NCBI GenBank assembly: GCA_016871575.1
Contig: VHCW01000004.1
Location: forward strand, 10,938 to 74,937
DNA length: 64,000 bases
Direction of reading: 5' to 3'
Source of the DNA: Verrucomicrobiota bacterium
GTDB lineage: Bacteria > Verrucomicrobiota > Verrucomicrobiia > Palsa-1439
The position numbers and the translations under genes were made by a program. The notes under the pieces were generated by a model. That model made no database searches. It was not told the origin of the DNA and was given only the letters and a program-made list of their open reading frames with translations. Below, piece by piece: positions 30,276-39,213 of this stretch. Position 1 is the stretch's first letter. The number at the start of each line of letters is the position of its first letter.

Positions 30276-30824
30276 ATGAGCGCGCAACACGGGGAACCAA
30301 CCGATGAACGCCTCATACAGTCCACCCTCGCGGGCGACGATGAGGCCTTCGCCTCGCTTGTTGCCCGCCACAAACGCCGCATCTTCGGCATCGCCGCCCG
30401 GTTCACACGCTCCGAGGCCGAACTCGACGACCTCTGCCAGGAGATTTTCATCAAGGCGTACCGGCAACTCGGCAAGTTTCGCAGCGAAGCGCCGTTCGAG
30501 CACTGGCTGTCCCGCGTCGGCGTGCGGACCTGTTACGATCACCTGCGCAAGACACGCCACGACCGCGACGCCGTGGCGCTGGACGACATGGAGTTGCCCA
30601 GCACCGACAACATCGAGCCGCGGCGCGCCCGCGAGGTGCTGGACTTTGCGATGGCAAAACTCGGCCCGGAGGAACGCCTCGTGATTACGCTGCTCGAATT
30701 GGAAGAGCGCACCGTGCGCGAGATTGCCGGGCTGACCGGCTGGAGCGAGTCGAACGTCAAGGTGCGCGCGTTCCGCGCCCGGCAATCGTTGAAAAATATT
30801 TTGGAGGCACATCATGAACGATGA
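30276..30824 (+). CDS. ECF RNA polymerase sigma factor
   Basis: GDDEAFASLV, DLCQEIFIKAY, WL.R...TCYDHLR, EIA...SNVKVRAFRAR. Confidence 0.95.
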   Translation: MSAQHGEPTDERLIQSTLAGDDEAFASLVARHKRRIFGIAARFTRSEAELDDLCQEIFIKAYRQLGKFRSEAPFEHWLSRVGVRTCYDHLRKTRHDRDAVALDDMELPSTDNIEPRRAREVLDFAMAKLGPEERLVITLLELEERTVREIAGLTGWSESNVKVRAFRARQSLKNILEAHHER

Positions 30825-31101
30825 CCGACTTAACAAATTATTCGCCGCCGCGCGACAAGCGCCGACGGATACCGAACAGGCCGAATTCGCGTTTGAGACG
30901 CGCCTGCTGGCCCGGTTGCGCGAGCAACGACGGTCTGCGGCGCCGTGGTTTGCGTGGTCGTGGCGGCTGGCGCCTTTGTTCGGGGCTGTCGTGATTGCGC
31001 TCGGCGTTTGGAGTTTTACTGCGCCCGGCGACCCGCTGGCCGACATTGTCGGCGACGCCAGCGACGAAGCCGCGCTTCTCGTGATGCTGACCGGAGAATG
31101 A
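30814..31101 (+). CDS. putative membrane anti-sigma factor
   Basis: Overlaps the sigma gene; FETRLLARLR followed by one TM segment. Confidence 0.75.
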   Translation: MNDDRLNKLFAAARQAPTDTEQAEFAFETRLLARLREQRRSAAPWFAWSWRLAPLFGAVVIALGVWSFTAPGDPLADIVGDASDEAALLVMLTGE

Positions 31102-31102
31102 C

Positions 31103-31525
31103 ATGAAACACTGGAAGGCGATTCTTGGTGTGTTGGTCGTATTTGTTCTCGGCGCAATTGCCGGCGGGCTGGTCACGCGCGGTTTTTACCAGAAACGCAT
31201 CCGTGCCCTCTGGCGCGGCCAAATGGTGGTTGCCCCCGAACTCATCGTGCGGGAAATGGGCGGCCAGTTGAATCTCACGCCGGAACAACGCGCCCAAATC
31301 GCGCCCATCATCGACGACACGCGCCAACGCCTGCAACAGGCCCGCGCCCAGTCCGAGCCGCAGGTTCGCGAAGCGTTTCAAGACATGCTCCGTCGCATCC
31401 GCGAAACGCTCACCCCGGAACAACAGAAACGATTCGACCGCCTGAACGCCGAACGGCGCGAGCGCTGGAAAAAAGTTTTCCCGCGCATTGCCCCGGCATC
31501 ATCGCCAACGCCACCGAAACCGTGA
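31103..31525 (+). CDS. membrane-anchored periplasmic LTxxQ (Spy/ZraP-like) protein
   Basis: N-terminal TM segment; LNLTPEQ and LTPEQQKRF. Confidence 0.8.
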   Translation: MKHWKAILGVLVVFVLGAIAGGLVTRGFYQKRIRALWRGQMVVAPELIVREMGGQLNLTPEQRAQIAPIIDDTRQRLQQARAQSEPQVREAFQDMLRRIRETLTPEQQKRFDRLNAERRERWKKVFPRIAPASSPTPPKP

Positions 31526-31661
31526 TGACGATCTTCCCAAGAGCGACAGCACTCTGGATCATCTCCTATTTCGTATTGATCAGCCGCTTCTGAGTCAGTC
31601 GTTGCAGACCCGCGCCAACAAACCGGAGTCAATGTTCCGGCTACGCTGACATGTTGGCGGT

Positions 31662-32144
31662 TCAGGCAACGCGACTGATGGCGAGAGTTTTCAGTCCTTC
31701 CAACGCAGCCAGTTTGTTGGCTTTGGGATCAAAACTCCAAAAGGTGTCGCAATCCAACAGCAACGCGGACGCGACGTGCAACAGGTCGTACGTGCGGAAG
31801 CCGTGCTTTGCAGTGTGGCGTAAGCACAACTCCTCAAATTGTTGCTCCAAGTCGCTCGGACTGATGACGGTTGGGCGCAGCAAGCTGGCCGGTTGCGCAC
31901 AGTCTTCCCGGAACCGCGCCTGTGCTGCCGCCGCCATCTCCGCAGTGATCCGGGTCCGACCAAGAGTTCGCCAGGCGAAGACGTGCTGCTCGAAGGCATT
32001 GGCCAGTTCCAAGCGGTGTAACCAGACAATCGGCAGCCAGCCGCCGGCACCGCGCAACTCTGCCAATTGATCATCCGTCGGTGGATGCGCCTCGATGGGG
32101 AGGTAACAACGCGTGAGGAAGTTGGTGTCGGCGTACGGTTTCAT
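31662..32144 (-). CDS. vapC: PIN-domain (VapC-like) toxin
   Basis: YADTNFL, LELANA, RTYDLLHVASA, FWSFD. Confidence 0.9.
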   Translation of the reverse strand: MKPYADTNFLTRCYLPIEAHPPTDDQLAELRGAGGWLPIVWLHRLELANAFEQHVFAWRTLGRTRITAEMAAAAQARFREDCAQPASLLRPTVISPSDLEQQFEELCLRHTAKHGFRTYDLLHVASALLLDCDTFWSFDPKANKLAALEGLKTLAISRVA

Positions 32145-32404
32145 TCACCCGCCAGCAGCCGGTCAACCAAGGCCGTCTGATCGCTGGCGATACGCTCGGA
32201 AAACATGCGTTTGCGCCAAGCCAGATGCTCCTCCAGCCACCGCGCCCGATCCTTCGCCGAGACCCGCGCGCTTGACGGTTGTTCCAGACGCACTGTGTAA
32301 CTGTGCCCGTTGCGGCGGCGGATGCGCACCGCGCCTTCTTTGTCGCAGGTGTTGAGCACGCTCGCCGGTCGCCGATCAAGGTCTCTGACGGTGAAAGTCT
32401 TCAT
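32141..32404 (-). CDS. Phd/YefM-like antitoxin
   Basis: MKTFTVRDL.RRPASVL...G.V.IRRR; GTGA overlap with the toxin; operator-like ATGTCGGACAT/ATGTCGGCAT at the start. Confidence 0.85.
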   Translation of the reverse strand: MKTFTVRDLDRRPASVLNTCDKEGAVRIRRRNGHSYTVRLEQPSSARVSAKDRARWLEEHLAWRKRMFSERIASDQTALVDRLLAGE

Positions 32405-32571
32405 GTCGGACATAATGTCGGCATTCGTGAAGAAAATGCAAGCCTCAGTTGTTCCGGTTTGCCGCTGACGGCGTTTGCTGCCCATTACCCCTCAGCGTTT
32501 CGTCGAACTCAGCTCCGCTTCGCTCGGCTTGTTCCGGCCATGCTGACCCAATCGCCGTTTCGAATGGCGGC

Positions 32572-32855
32572 TCATGCGAAGTTGATGTTGTCGCGCAGAC
32601 CCGATTCCCCGGCCTTGTCCACGAGCCGGACGAGTGCCGCACGCTCCTGCGCGCGGGTTTTGCGCCGGATGAGAATGATAAGGGCACCTCCGGTAACCAT
32701 CTTTTTCTTGCAGGCCACGTGACCTCACGTGGCGAATTCGTGAGGAAAACCGCCGCGTCAGGTGACACGGCCTACAACTTGACGACCTGATGCCCCATCG
32801 CTTCCAAGGCGAAGGCAATGTCGTCGGGCACGTCGTCATCAAGCAAGAACTTTAC
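32572..32855 (-). pseudogene. DUF5615 (PIN-like) toxin pseudogene
   Basis: (GTA)KFLLDDDVPDDIAFALEAMGHQVVKL* then, in another frame, LIILIRRKTRAQERAALVRLVDKAGESGLRDNINFA*; the middle is unrelated sequence. Confidence 0.8.
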
Positions 32856-33124
32856 GGCGCAGGGGCGGCCATTTGACGGGCGACCAGCACATCAATCTCA
32901 CCCCGATGGTCCTCGTAATAAGCCAGACACTCATACACTTGCGCGCGGGTCAGGTTTGGAAAGCACCGAGTAACGATCGTGTCCACGGTTTCGCCATTTT
33001 GGAGCAGGCCAATGACATCGTGGACTCCAATCCGAGTACCCTCAACGATGGCGTGGCCGCTGCGCACGCCGGGCTGGCGGCTGATGTAGCGGTAGGCGAT
33101 GGCTATTGTTGATGCTCCATTCAT
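32852..33124 (-). CDS. DUF433 antitoxin
   Basis: PGVRSGHAIVEGTRIGVHDV, PNLTRAQVYECLAYY. Confidence 0.92.
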   Translation of the reverse strand: MNGASTIAIAYRYISRQPGVRSGHAIVEGTRIGVHDVIGLLQNGETVDTIVTRCFPNLTRAQVYECLAYYEDHRGEIDVLVARQMAAPAP

Positions 33125-33337
33125 GGCGCTAAATCTACCTCAAGACAGTTCCCCAAGCGACCCTTTGATGTCGAAGACTTCGTACCCTTCCACATCTCAG
33201 CACTTGCCCAAGCCCTACTGGCCTGCCGCTGGAAGGTTCGCCCGCTTGGGTCCGGCGTTCGTGCCGCTTCGCGCCGCCGCCGTCAATGTTCCGGCTACAG
33301 ACCGATGCCTAACAGTGCTGGGTGTTTGAGTCTATCG

Positions 33338-35806
33338 CTATTTCACAAATAGCAACTCAACATCGGCAGCGGGTTGTATCTGCTTTGTTCTCTCGCGTGT
33401 GGTCTCATCACTCATATCCGCCAGTTGCCATTGTTCGTTTTGTTTTCTTGCGATGATCAGACGACCAAACACCTCACCGTGTTCGTCAGCGAACTTTGCA
33501 AGACCGACGGCCTTGGGGATTGTGTCTGTACGTGTGTCATCGTGCGGTTCAATAATGTCCACGACAAAACCACTGCTGTTTCTTCGCACGATAATGAAGT
33601 CGGGGTAAAAGCCCTTCATCCCGCCCATCTCGTAAGGAACGCACATCGACCAGTCGCGGCGATCTAAATTTCGCAGCCAGCAGACGAAATCCTTCTTCGC
33701 CATTTCCGTCTTCAGTATTTCCGCTTCCCAAGTGTTCAAGTCCGCAAAGAACTTGCCATTCGCGTCTTGGAACAGATGGCGATCCCAAGCTACACCTTCC
33801 TTTTTCTCCACGATTACTTCCGGTAACTCCCAATCTTGCACCACCGCTTTACCACTGGCTTGAACCAATGCTTGGAAGCGCGCCCGAACCGATGCCGGGA
33901 GTTTCTGAATTGCCGCTTTATGCTTCTTCCAACCCGCATCAAATTCTTCTCTCCCGAGTTTTTCCATCGCCAGCATCGTTTCCGGCTGACGCATGATGGA
34001 CACAAATTCCAGCTTCGCCTGATTCGGCTCGGCCTTATCCTGAAATCGCTTCCAATACGTCCAGTGAAGTCCTTCACCGGCGGCAAGCAGCCTCCCAGCC
34101 GCGTCAAAGAGTTGACCAATATTGTGCTCGGTGAGTTGCACACGCGCCAGATTCTTTCCGGCAACCGTCATGCCACTAATAGCGATCTTCGTGATGTCCA
34201 ATTCGATCTCGCCGCCTTCGCGTACCACGGTGTCCCATCCCGCAACTGTCTTCGCGTATTTGTCGCGCAACTCTTTCAGATTCTTCAGGAAGACTTCGCG
34301 CAACTGCTCATCGGCATCTTCATTCAACCCTTCATGCACCAGCAGGCCAGCGAGCCGCATCGCCCGCTTGATGTCGCTCATCTTCGGAACACGGCTAACG
34401 GAATATGTCGGCAGCGTCTTCAAATGCTCGAACACTTCTGCGAACTGCGGATCGCGCTGGTAGGTCTCCGTCGAGGTCTCGGCACGCGTCCCCAATCCTT
34501 CGTCTGGATTGCGCAGGCACTTCAACACGTTCTCAAGCGCCACGGGATCATAATGCGGCAGGAACAGTTCGACGGTATCGAGGACTTCGTTTGTGCCGAT
34601 GCGTCGCGCCAGCGGAGTGCGAATCATGCGCCCGACAAGTTGCGCGATGCTCGTCGGGTCTTCTGCGCGACGAAAACTCATCATCACTTCGGCGCGGGGG
34701 CAATCCCAACCAGTGGACAGCGCCGTCTTAAAGAGCACCACTTTGACCTCCGGACTGTCTTGGATGCGTGACGCCTCAAGTTTCCGGATAATTCGGCCAG
34801 CTTCCTGAATCTCGTTTTTGTCATGGAAGCAGTGGACAATCTCGTTTACGTCCAGCGGGCCGGTATATTCCTCAATCGCACGCACTGCATCCGCCAGCGG
34901 TGACGCTGTCAATTGCTCTCCAGGCCCGTCCTCAACCTGCACCACGAGAATCGGCCTAACGACTTCCTTCTCCTTTTCGTGCGTGCAATAATCTTCCCAA
35001 AGCTTCGTGAATTGCTTCCATGTCTTCGCCGCCGTTTTCAGCAGCGTTAGATCAGCCTCCACCGTCGTTCTTGGATTGTGAACGACGATCAAATCCTTCA
35101 GCAACCCACTCGCACGGACTTCTTCAGGGTCAATGTTGATCGGTCGTTGTGTTCGGTTGGTGTTGCCGAGCAAGGCCGTGAAGCGTTGCGGCGTCGCGCT
35201 CATACCGATTACCAGCGGCACCGGCGTCATTCCGTCCGCTGGCGAACCGAGGACAAACTTCTGCATGATCGTTGTGCGGTTTCGGTCAGTGGCACTTGCC
35301 CCGCGATGCGCCTCGTCTATGATGAGGACAAAATCTTGTGGCGCGCGGGCAATGGTGTTTGCCACCGTCTGCCAGAAAGTTGTGTTCCTCCGGTCGCCTG
35401 GCTCTTTCGTGAGAATCTTGTCCTTCCCCAAAAGCTGCGTGTTGATGAAATACAGGTAGCCGGGTTGCAATAAATCGTCTTTGAAATTCTCGCTCTCAAT
35501 CGTGACCATCTTGTAGTACGGCAAATGGTCACACGCCGCTAACAGCTTGTTCTTGCTCTGCGCGTTTAACTCCGGTGAGTCCGACAACCACAGAAACACT
35601 GTATCCGGACGCGCCGAGATTCCATCGCCACCGCCGTACGTCAGGTCAATCACCTGCGCCAGCGTGATCGTCTTGCCGGAACCGGTCGGCGCGGCCAAAA
35701 TGATCGCCTCCAAATCGTTCACCGCGACACTCTCCCGCGCCTTGTCCAGCTTCGTGATGATGTCGCGAGCGGCGACCTCCTGAAAATTCTTCAAGTCGAA
35801 TTTCAC
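33338..35806 (-). CDS. res: type III restriction-like Res subunit (SF2 helicase + C-terminal nuclease)
   Basis: APTGSGKT, DEAH, MSATP, GWDCPRA, QLVGR, FYPDFII...IIEPH. Confidence 0.9.
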   Translation of the reverse strand: MKFDLKNFQEVAARDIITKLDKARESVAVNDLEAIILAAPTGSGKTITLAQVIDLTYGGGDGISARPDTVFLWLSDSPELNAQSKNKLLAACDHLPYYKMVTIESENFKDDLLQPGYLYFINTQLLGKDKILTKEPGDRRNTTFWQTVANTIARAPQDFVLIIDEAHRGASATDRNRTTIMQKFVLGSPADGMTPVPLVIGMSATPQRFTALLGNTNRTQRPINIDPEEVRASGLLKDLIVVHNPRTTVEADLTLLKTAAKTWKQFTKLWEDYCTHEKEKEVVRPILVVQVEDGPGEQLTASPLADAVRAIEEYTGPLDVNEIVHCFHDKNEIQEAGRIIRKLEASRIQDSPEVKVVLFKTALSTGWDCPRAEVMMSFRRAEDPTSIAQLVGRMIRTPLARRIGTNEVLDTVELFLPHYDPVALENVLKCLRNPDEGLGTRAETSTETYQRDPQFAEVFEHLKTLPTYSVSRVPKMSDIKRAMRLAGLLVHEGLNEDADEQLREVFLKNLKELRDKYAKTVAGWDTVVREGGEIELDITKIAISGMTVAGKNLARVQLTEHNIGQLFDAAGRLLAAGEGLHWTYWKRFQDKAEPNQAKLEFVSIMRQPETMLAMEKLGREEFDAGWKKHKAAIQKLPASVRARFQALVQASGKAVVQDWELPEVIVEKKEGVAWDRHLFQDANGKFFADLNTWEAEILKTEMAKKDFVCWLRNLDRRDWSMCVPYEMGGMKGFYPDFIIVRRNSSGFVVDIIEPHDDTRTDTIPKAVGLAKFADEHGEVFGRLIIARKQNEQWQLADMSDETTRERTKQIQPAADVELLFVK

Positions 35807-37521
35807 GCCGCACCGCCTTGCCCCAACGCTTCGGGCGTATTCAACCGGAAATTCTCAAGGTAGCTCTTGTAGAGTTGGACACACTGGAACTTGCGACCCA
35901 GCGCACGGCGCATCAGCCCAAAATTCTCTTCGGAATCCGTGACGAGGAAAATCCATTCGATGTCCTTCCGGTCGGCCAGTTGATCGCGGAACGAGCGGAA
36001 CTCCTTTTCCTTGATGAGCACGGCAAACGGCGCGTGTTTCGGAATGAACCAGCTTTGTGAGCCTTTCGACTCTTCGCGCTTGCCCCGACAACCGGCCATC
36101 ATCCAAAGAAGCGGCAGGATCGCCGCAAACGCGTCGCCGCGCGCAACGGTGGAGGAATCAAGGAAATCGAGTTTGAAGTATTCAATGTTCTCGGTAAAAC
36201 CATCCTTCAACGCTGATCCGGTAATATAAGCACCCGGCAAATCGGTTCCGTCATCGCGTTTACCACTGACGGCGGATTTGCAGCGCGGCCAAGTAACCTT
36301 GTTTGCGATTCCTTGTTGCTCAAATTCGGCCTCACCCTGAAAAATTCCTTTGGCCTCCAACTCTTGAATTGTCTTCTCATTGACTTCGTTATTCGTGACC
36401 AGAATGCAACGCCGTAACCCGTCATCCTCGGCATTGAGCAATGCTGTCGCGTGCAATGTAGTTCCGGAGCCAGCGAAAAAATCCAACACAAGGCCCTTTT
36501 TCCGAGCGAACATTACCGGCATTAGTGTTTCACAAACTGCATACAGAGATTTCGGATACGAAAACCCCGAAGGTCCTCCGAAGATGTCCACGAGCAGTTC
36601 ACTGCCGTGCGTGCTTGCGTCCAATTGCGGTTTACTCCAAACAGTTTTCCATCGTTTCGATTGTTTTTCTTTCAGCGTGTAATAAATCTGAATGCCGTAG
36701 GGCTGACGTGCGGCGAAGAGCTTCCCGGCCTCGAATTCCTTTTTTGCGCGCTCCGGGCCGTAATGCCAGTTCCTCTCAACCTGTAGTTTGTCGATTGGCC
36801 ATACCGGAACTGAACCTTCAACGCGTTCGGAATTCCTCTTTGCATCTTTCGGCAATGGTTTGCCAAACCCAGTGACTTCAAGGGAACGCTCATTGACGTA
36901 GATCGGATAGAACTGGCCGGGACGCGCTACCCGTAATGAGTTATTTCCAGTTCTTCGCAAATTTCTCGTCTCTCCTCCAATGCTAGATTCCAGGGGTTCT
37001 TCACCGATTATTCCCTCGCCCTGCGGGACAGCGAATACCGCATATTCATGACTTCTCGCGAATTCTTCTCCTTGGCGACCTCGCTTGTTGTGCTCGATTA
37101 CAATCGTGAAAAACTTATAACCTTGGAAAATCTCTTCGAGCAGACAAAGAAGGTGCGGCAACTCGTGATCGTCAATTGTCACCACCAAGACTCCATCAAT
37201 CTTTAGTAAGCGTTTCGCGAGGAGCAGCCGCTTCTTCATCATCGAAAGCCATTTGGAATGACGAAAGGTATCGGTCTTATCAACGTAGTCGTTGTTGTAT
37301 TTCCAGTCGCGCGCGCCAGTGTTGTACGGCGGGTCAATGTAGATCATGTCCACTTGGCCCTCATAGCAGTAGAGCAGGAGTTGGAGAGCGTGGAAGTTGT
37401 CGGCGTTGATCAGCAAGTGCCACGGCTTGTCCGGCCCGCCCCGCTCGACACGATCCACCGGCACCAGCGCCGGATAAATCGGGTCGCCGAAACTGCGAAC
37501 GACGACGAGATCGGCAACGGG
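35803..37521 (-). pseudogene. mod: type III Mod adenine methyltransferase lacking its native 5' end
   Basis: IYIDPPYNTG, YPKS, LDFFAGSGTT. Upstream of PVADLVVV the frame only reads antisense through a Fic fragment. Confidence 0.85.
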
Positions 37522-37962
37522 CGCGCTTCCCGTCTCTTGCTGTTGCAGTCGCTGTATCACTGCGGTTTTGAAGTGGGACGCTACATCAGCCTCGAACGCT
37601 TGATCGAGGAGAACAAGGAGCGCTACTACGAAACGCTCGAACAATCCTCCGCCCGCTGGCACGACGGCAAACACGACCCGTGGCCGTATCTGAACTACCT
37701 GCTCTACATTCTCGCGCAGGCGTACAAGGAGTTTGAGCGGCGCGTTAACTACCTCAAATCTCCGCGCGGTGAAAAGACCGCAGCGGTCCTCGCGGCGGTG
37801 GAACGGCAAGTCAGCACCTTTCGTGTGGCCGATTTGCAGGCCGAATGTCCCGGTGTGGGGCTGGATTTGACCCGGCGCATCCTTGCCCGGCTGCAAAAGG
37901 AAGGGAAAATCCGATCTCTTGGCACAGGCCGAGGCGCGAAATGGGAGAAACTGACAAATTAG
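37513..37962 (+). pseudogene. 3' half of a Fic-family gene with C-terminal wHTH
   Basis: Begins mid-motif at GNGRASR (HPF..D missing); GRYISLERLIE...YYETL; GTGRGAKW. Confidence 0.88.
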
Positions 37963-37971
37963 GTACTAACT

Positions 37972-39213
37972 TTGAAACTAGGTATTAAACTACGTACTGA
38001 AAAAAGGGGTGGTGCTTTCCAGAGAGGGCATAACACGAAAACCCTTCGACGAAGTTCTCTTGCCGCGTTGGCGGTCGCTTGCTTGGTTTGGAACGATGCG
38101 TCGGCTCAGAAGACGAAGCCGGAAGTCATGGCGGTCTATTATCCGCATTGGCACAACTACGACCACGGCAGCGCGTGGAAAGGTCACGGCTGGACCGAAT
38201 GGGAAGGAATGAAGGCGGCGATCCCGCGTTTCCCCGGGCACGAGCAGCCCAAGAAATCCGTGTGGGGCTGCTTCGACGAGAGCGACCCGAAATGGGTCGC
38301 GCGGGAAATTGACCTCGCCGCCGACCATGGAATCACCGTGTTCCTCTACGACTGGTATTGGTACAGCGGCGTCAAGAACATGGAGGAGGCGCTCGAAAAA
38401 GGTTTCCTGCGCGCACCGAATCGGAACCGGATGAAGTTCGCCCTGATGTGGGCCAACCACGACCGGCGCGACCAGTTCTGTCCGGAGTTCGGAAAACCAC
38501 GGACAGTGTGGCTGCCGGCGCGCCACTCGCCGCGCGACCTCACGCGCGTGATTGATTACTGCATCGAGCATTATTTCCGCCAACCGAACTACTGGCGGGT
38601 CAACGGCGGCCTGTTCTTCAGCATCTTTCAACCGGAAGATTTCGTGAAACAACTCGGCGGACCGGAGAAGACCCGCGCGCTGTTCAAGGAGATGGATGCC
38701 CGTCTGAAAAAGGCGAAGCTGCCGCCGATGCACTGGAACGCGATGGTGAAAGACCCGAAGGCCGCCGCCGTGGTCGAGCAAGCCGGGTTCTCCAGCACCA
38801 GCCGCTACAACGTCCACAGCGTCGGCAAAACCCGTCCCGACTTCACCGAGCGTTACGAGGACATGATGGAAGCGCATCGCGAGCATTGGAACAAGATGCT
38901 GGCAGCGTCACTGGTGAATCTGCCGGTGGTAACAATGGGCTGGGACTCGACGCCGCGCTGTCGTCCCGACGTGCCGTGGCCGTTTGCCAAGAAGGAATAT
39001 CCTTATACGCCGGTCGTCGTCGGCAACACGCCGGAGCGTTTCGAGCAACTGTTGCGCGATGCCGCCCGCCACATTGAGCAAGACCCGCGCAAACCGTTCG
39101 GCGTCCTGATCAACGCGTGGAACGAATGGACGGAAGGCGGCTACCTGCTTCCCGAGGAGCGAACCGGCACGGCTTACCTCGAAGCCATCAAACGAGTATT
39201 CAAAACCCCATGA
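37972..39213 (+). CDS. secreted GH99-like / WbsX-like glycoside hydrolase (start uncertain)
   Basis: AVYYPHWH, EIDLAADHGI, DWYW, MWANH, MGWD.TPR, INAWNEWTEG.YL.P. No ATG before the signal peptide; gagagggCATAAC may be a damaged ATGAAC. Confidence 0.85.
   Translation: MKLGIKLRTEKRGGAFQRGHNTKTLRRSSLAALAVACLVWNDASAQKTKPEVMAVYYPHWHNYDHGSAWKGHGWTEWEGMKAAIPRFPGHEQPKKSVWGCFDESDPKWVAREIDLAADHGITVFLYDWYWYSGVKNMEEALEKGFLRAPNRNRMKFALMWANHDRRDQFCPEFGKPRTVWLPARHSPRDLTRVIDYCIEHYFRQPNYWRVNGGLFFSIFQPEDFVKQLGGPEKTRALFKEMDARLKKAKLPPMHWNAMVKDPKAAAVVEQAGFSSTSRYNVHSVGKTRPDFTERYEDMMEAHREHWNKMLAASLVNLPVVTMGWDSTPRCRPDVPWPFAKKEYPYTPVVVGNTPERFEQLLRDAARHIEQDPRKPFGVLINAWNEWTEGGYLLPEERTGTAYLEAIKRVFKTP

Noticed and set aside
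30893-30900. TTGAGACG half-sites (also at 44284) as extra PaaX sites
   Set aside because: Isolated half-sites inside CDSs, expected by chance
31613-31659. attC site (cgccaac...gttggcg)
   Set aside because: Only ~47 bp, lacks L-box geometry, and is not repeated as a whole at other junctions
37522-37896. N-terminal extension of Mod in the 697-aa ORF
   Set aside because: It is the antisense of the Fic fragment
37958-38000. short AT-rich repeats (ttaggtact/ctaggtatt/ctacgtact) as a dif or att site
   Set aside because: No XerC/XerD-like symmetry; too degenerate to assign
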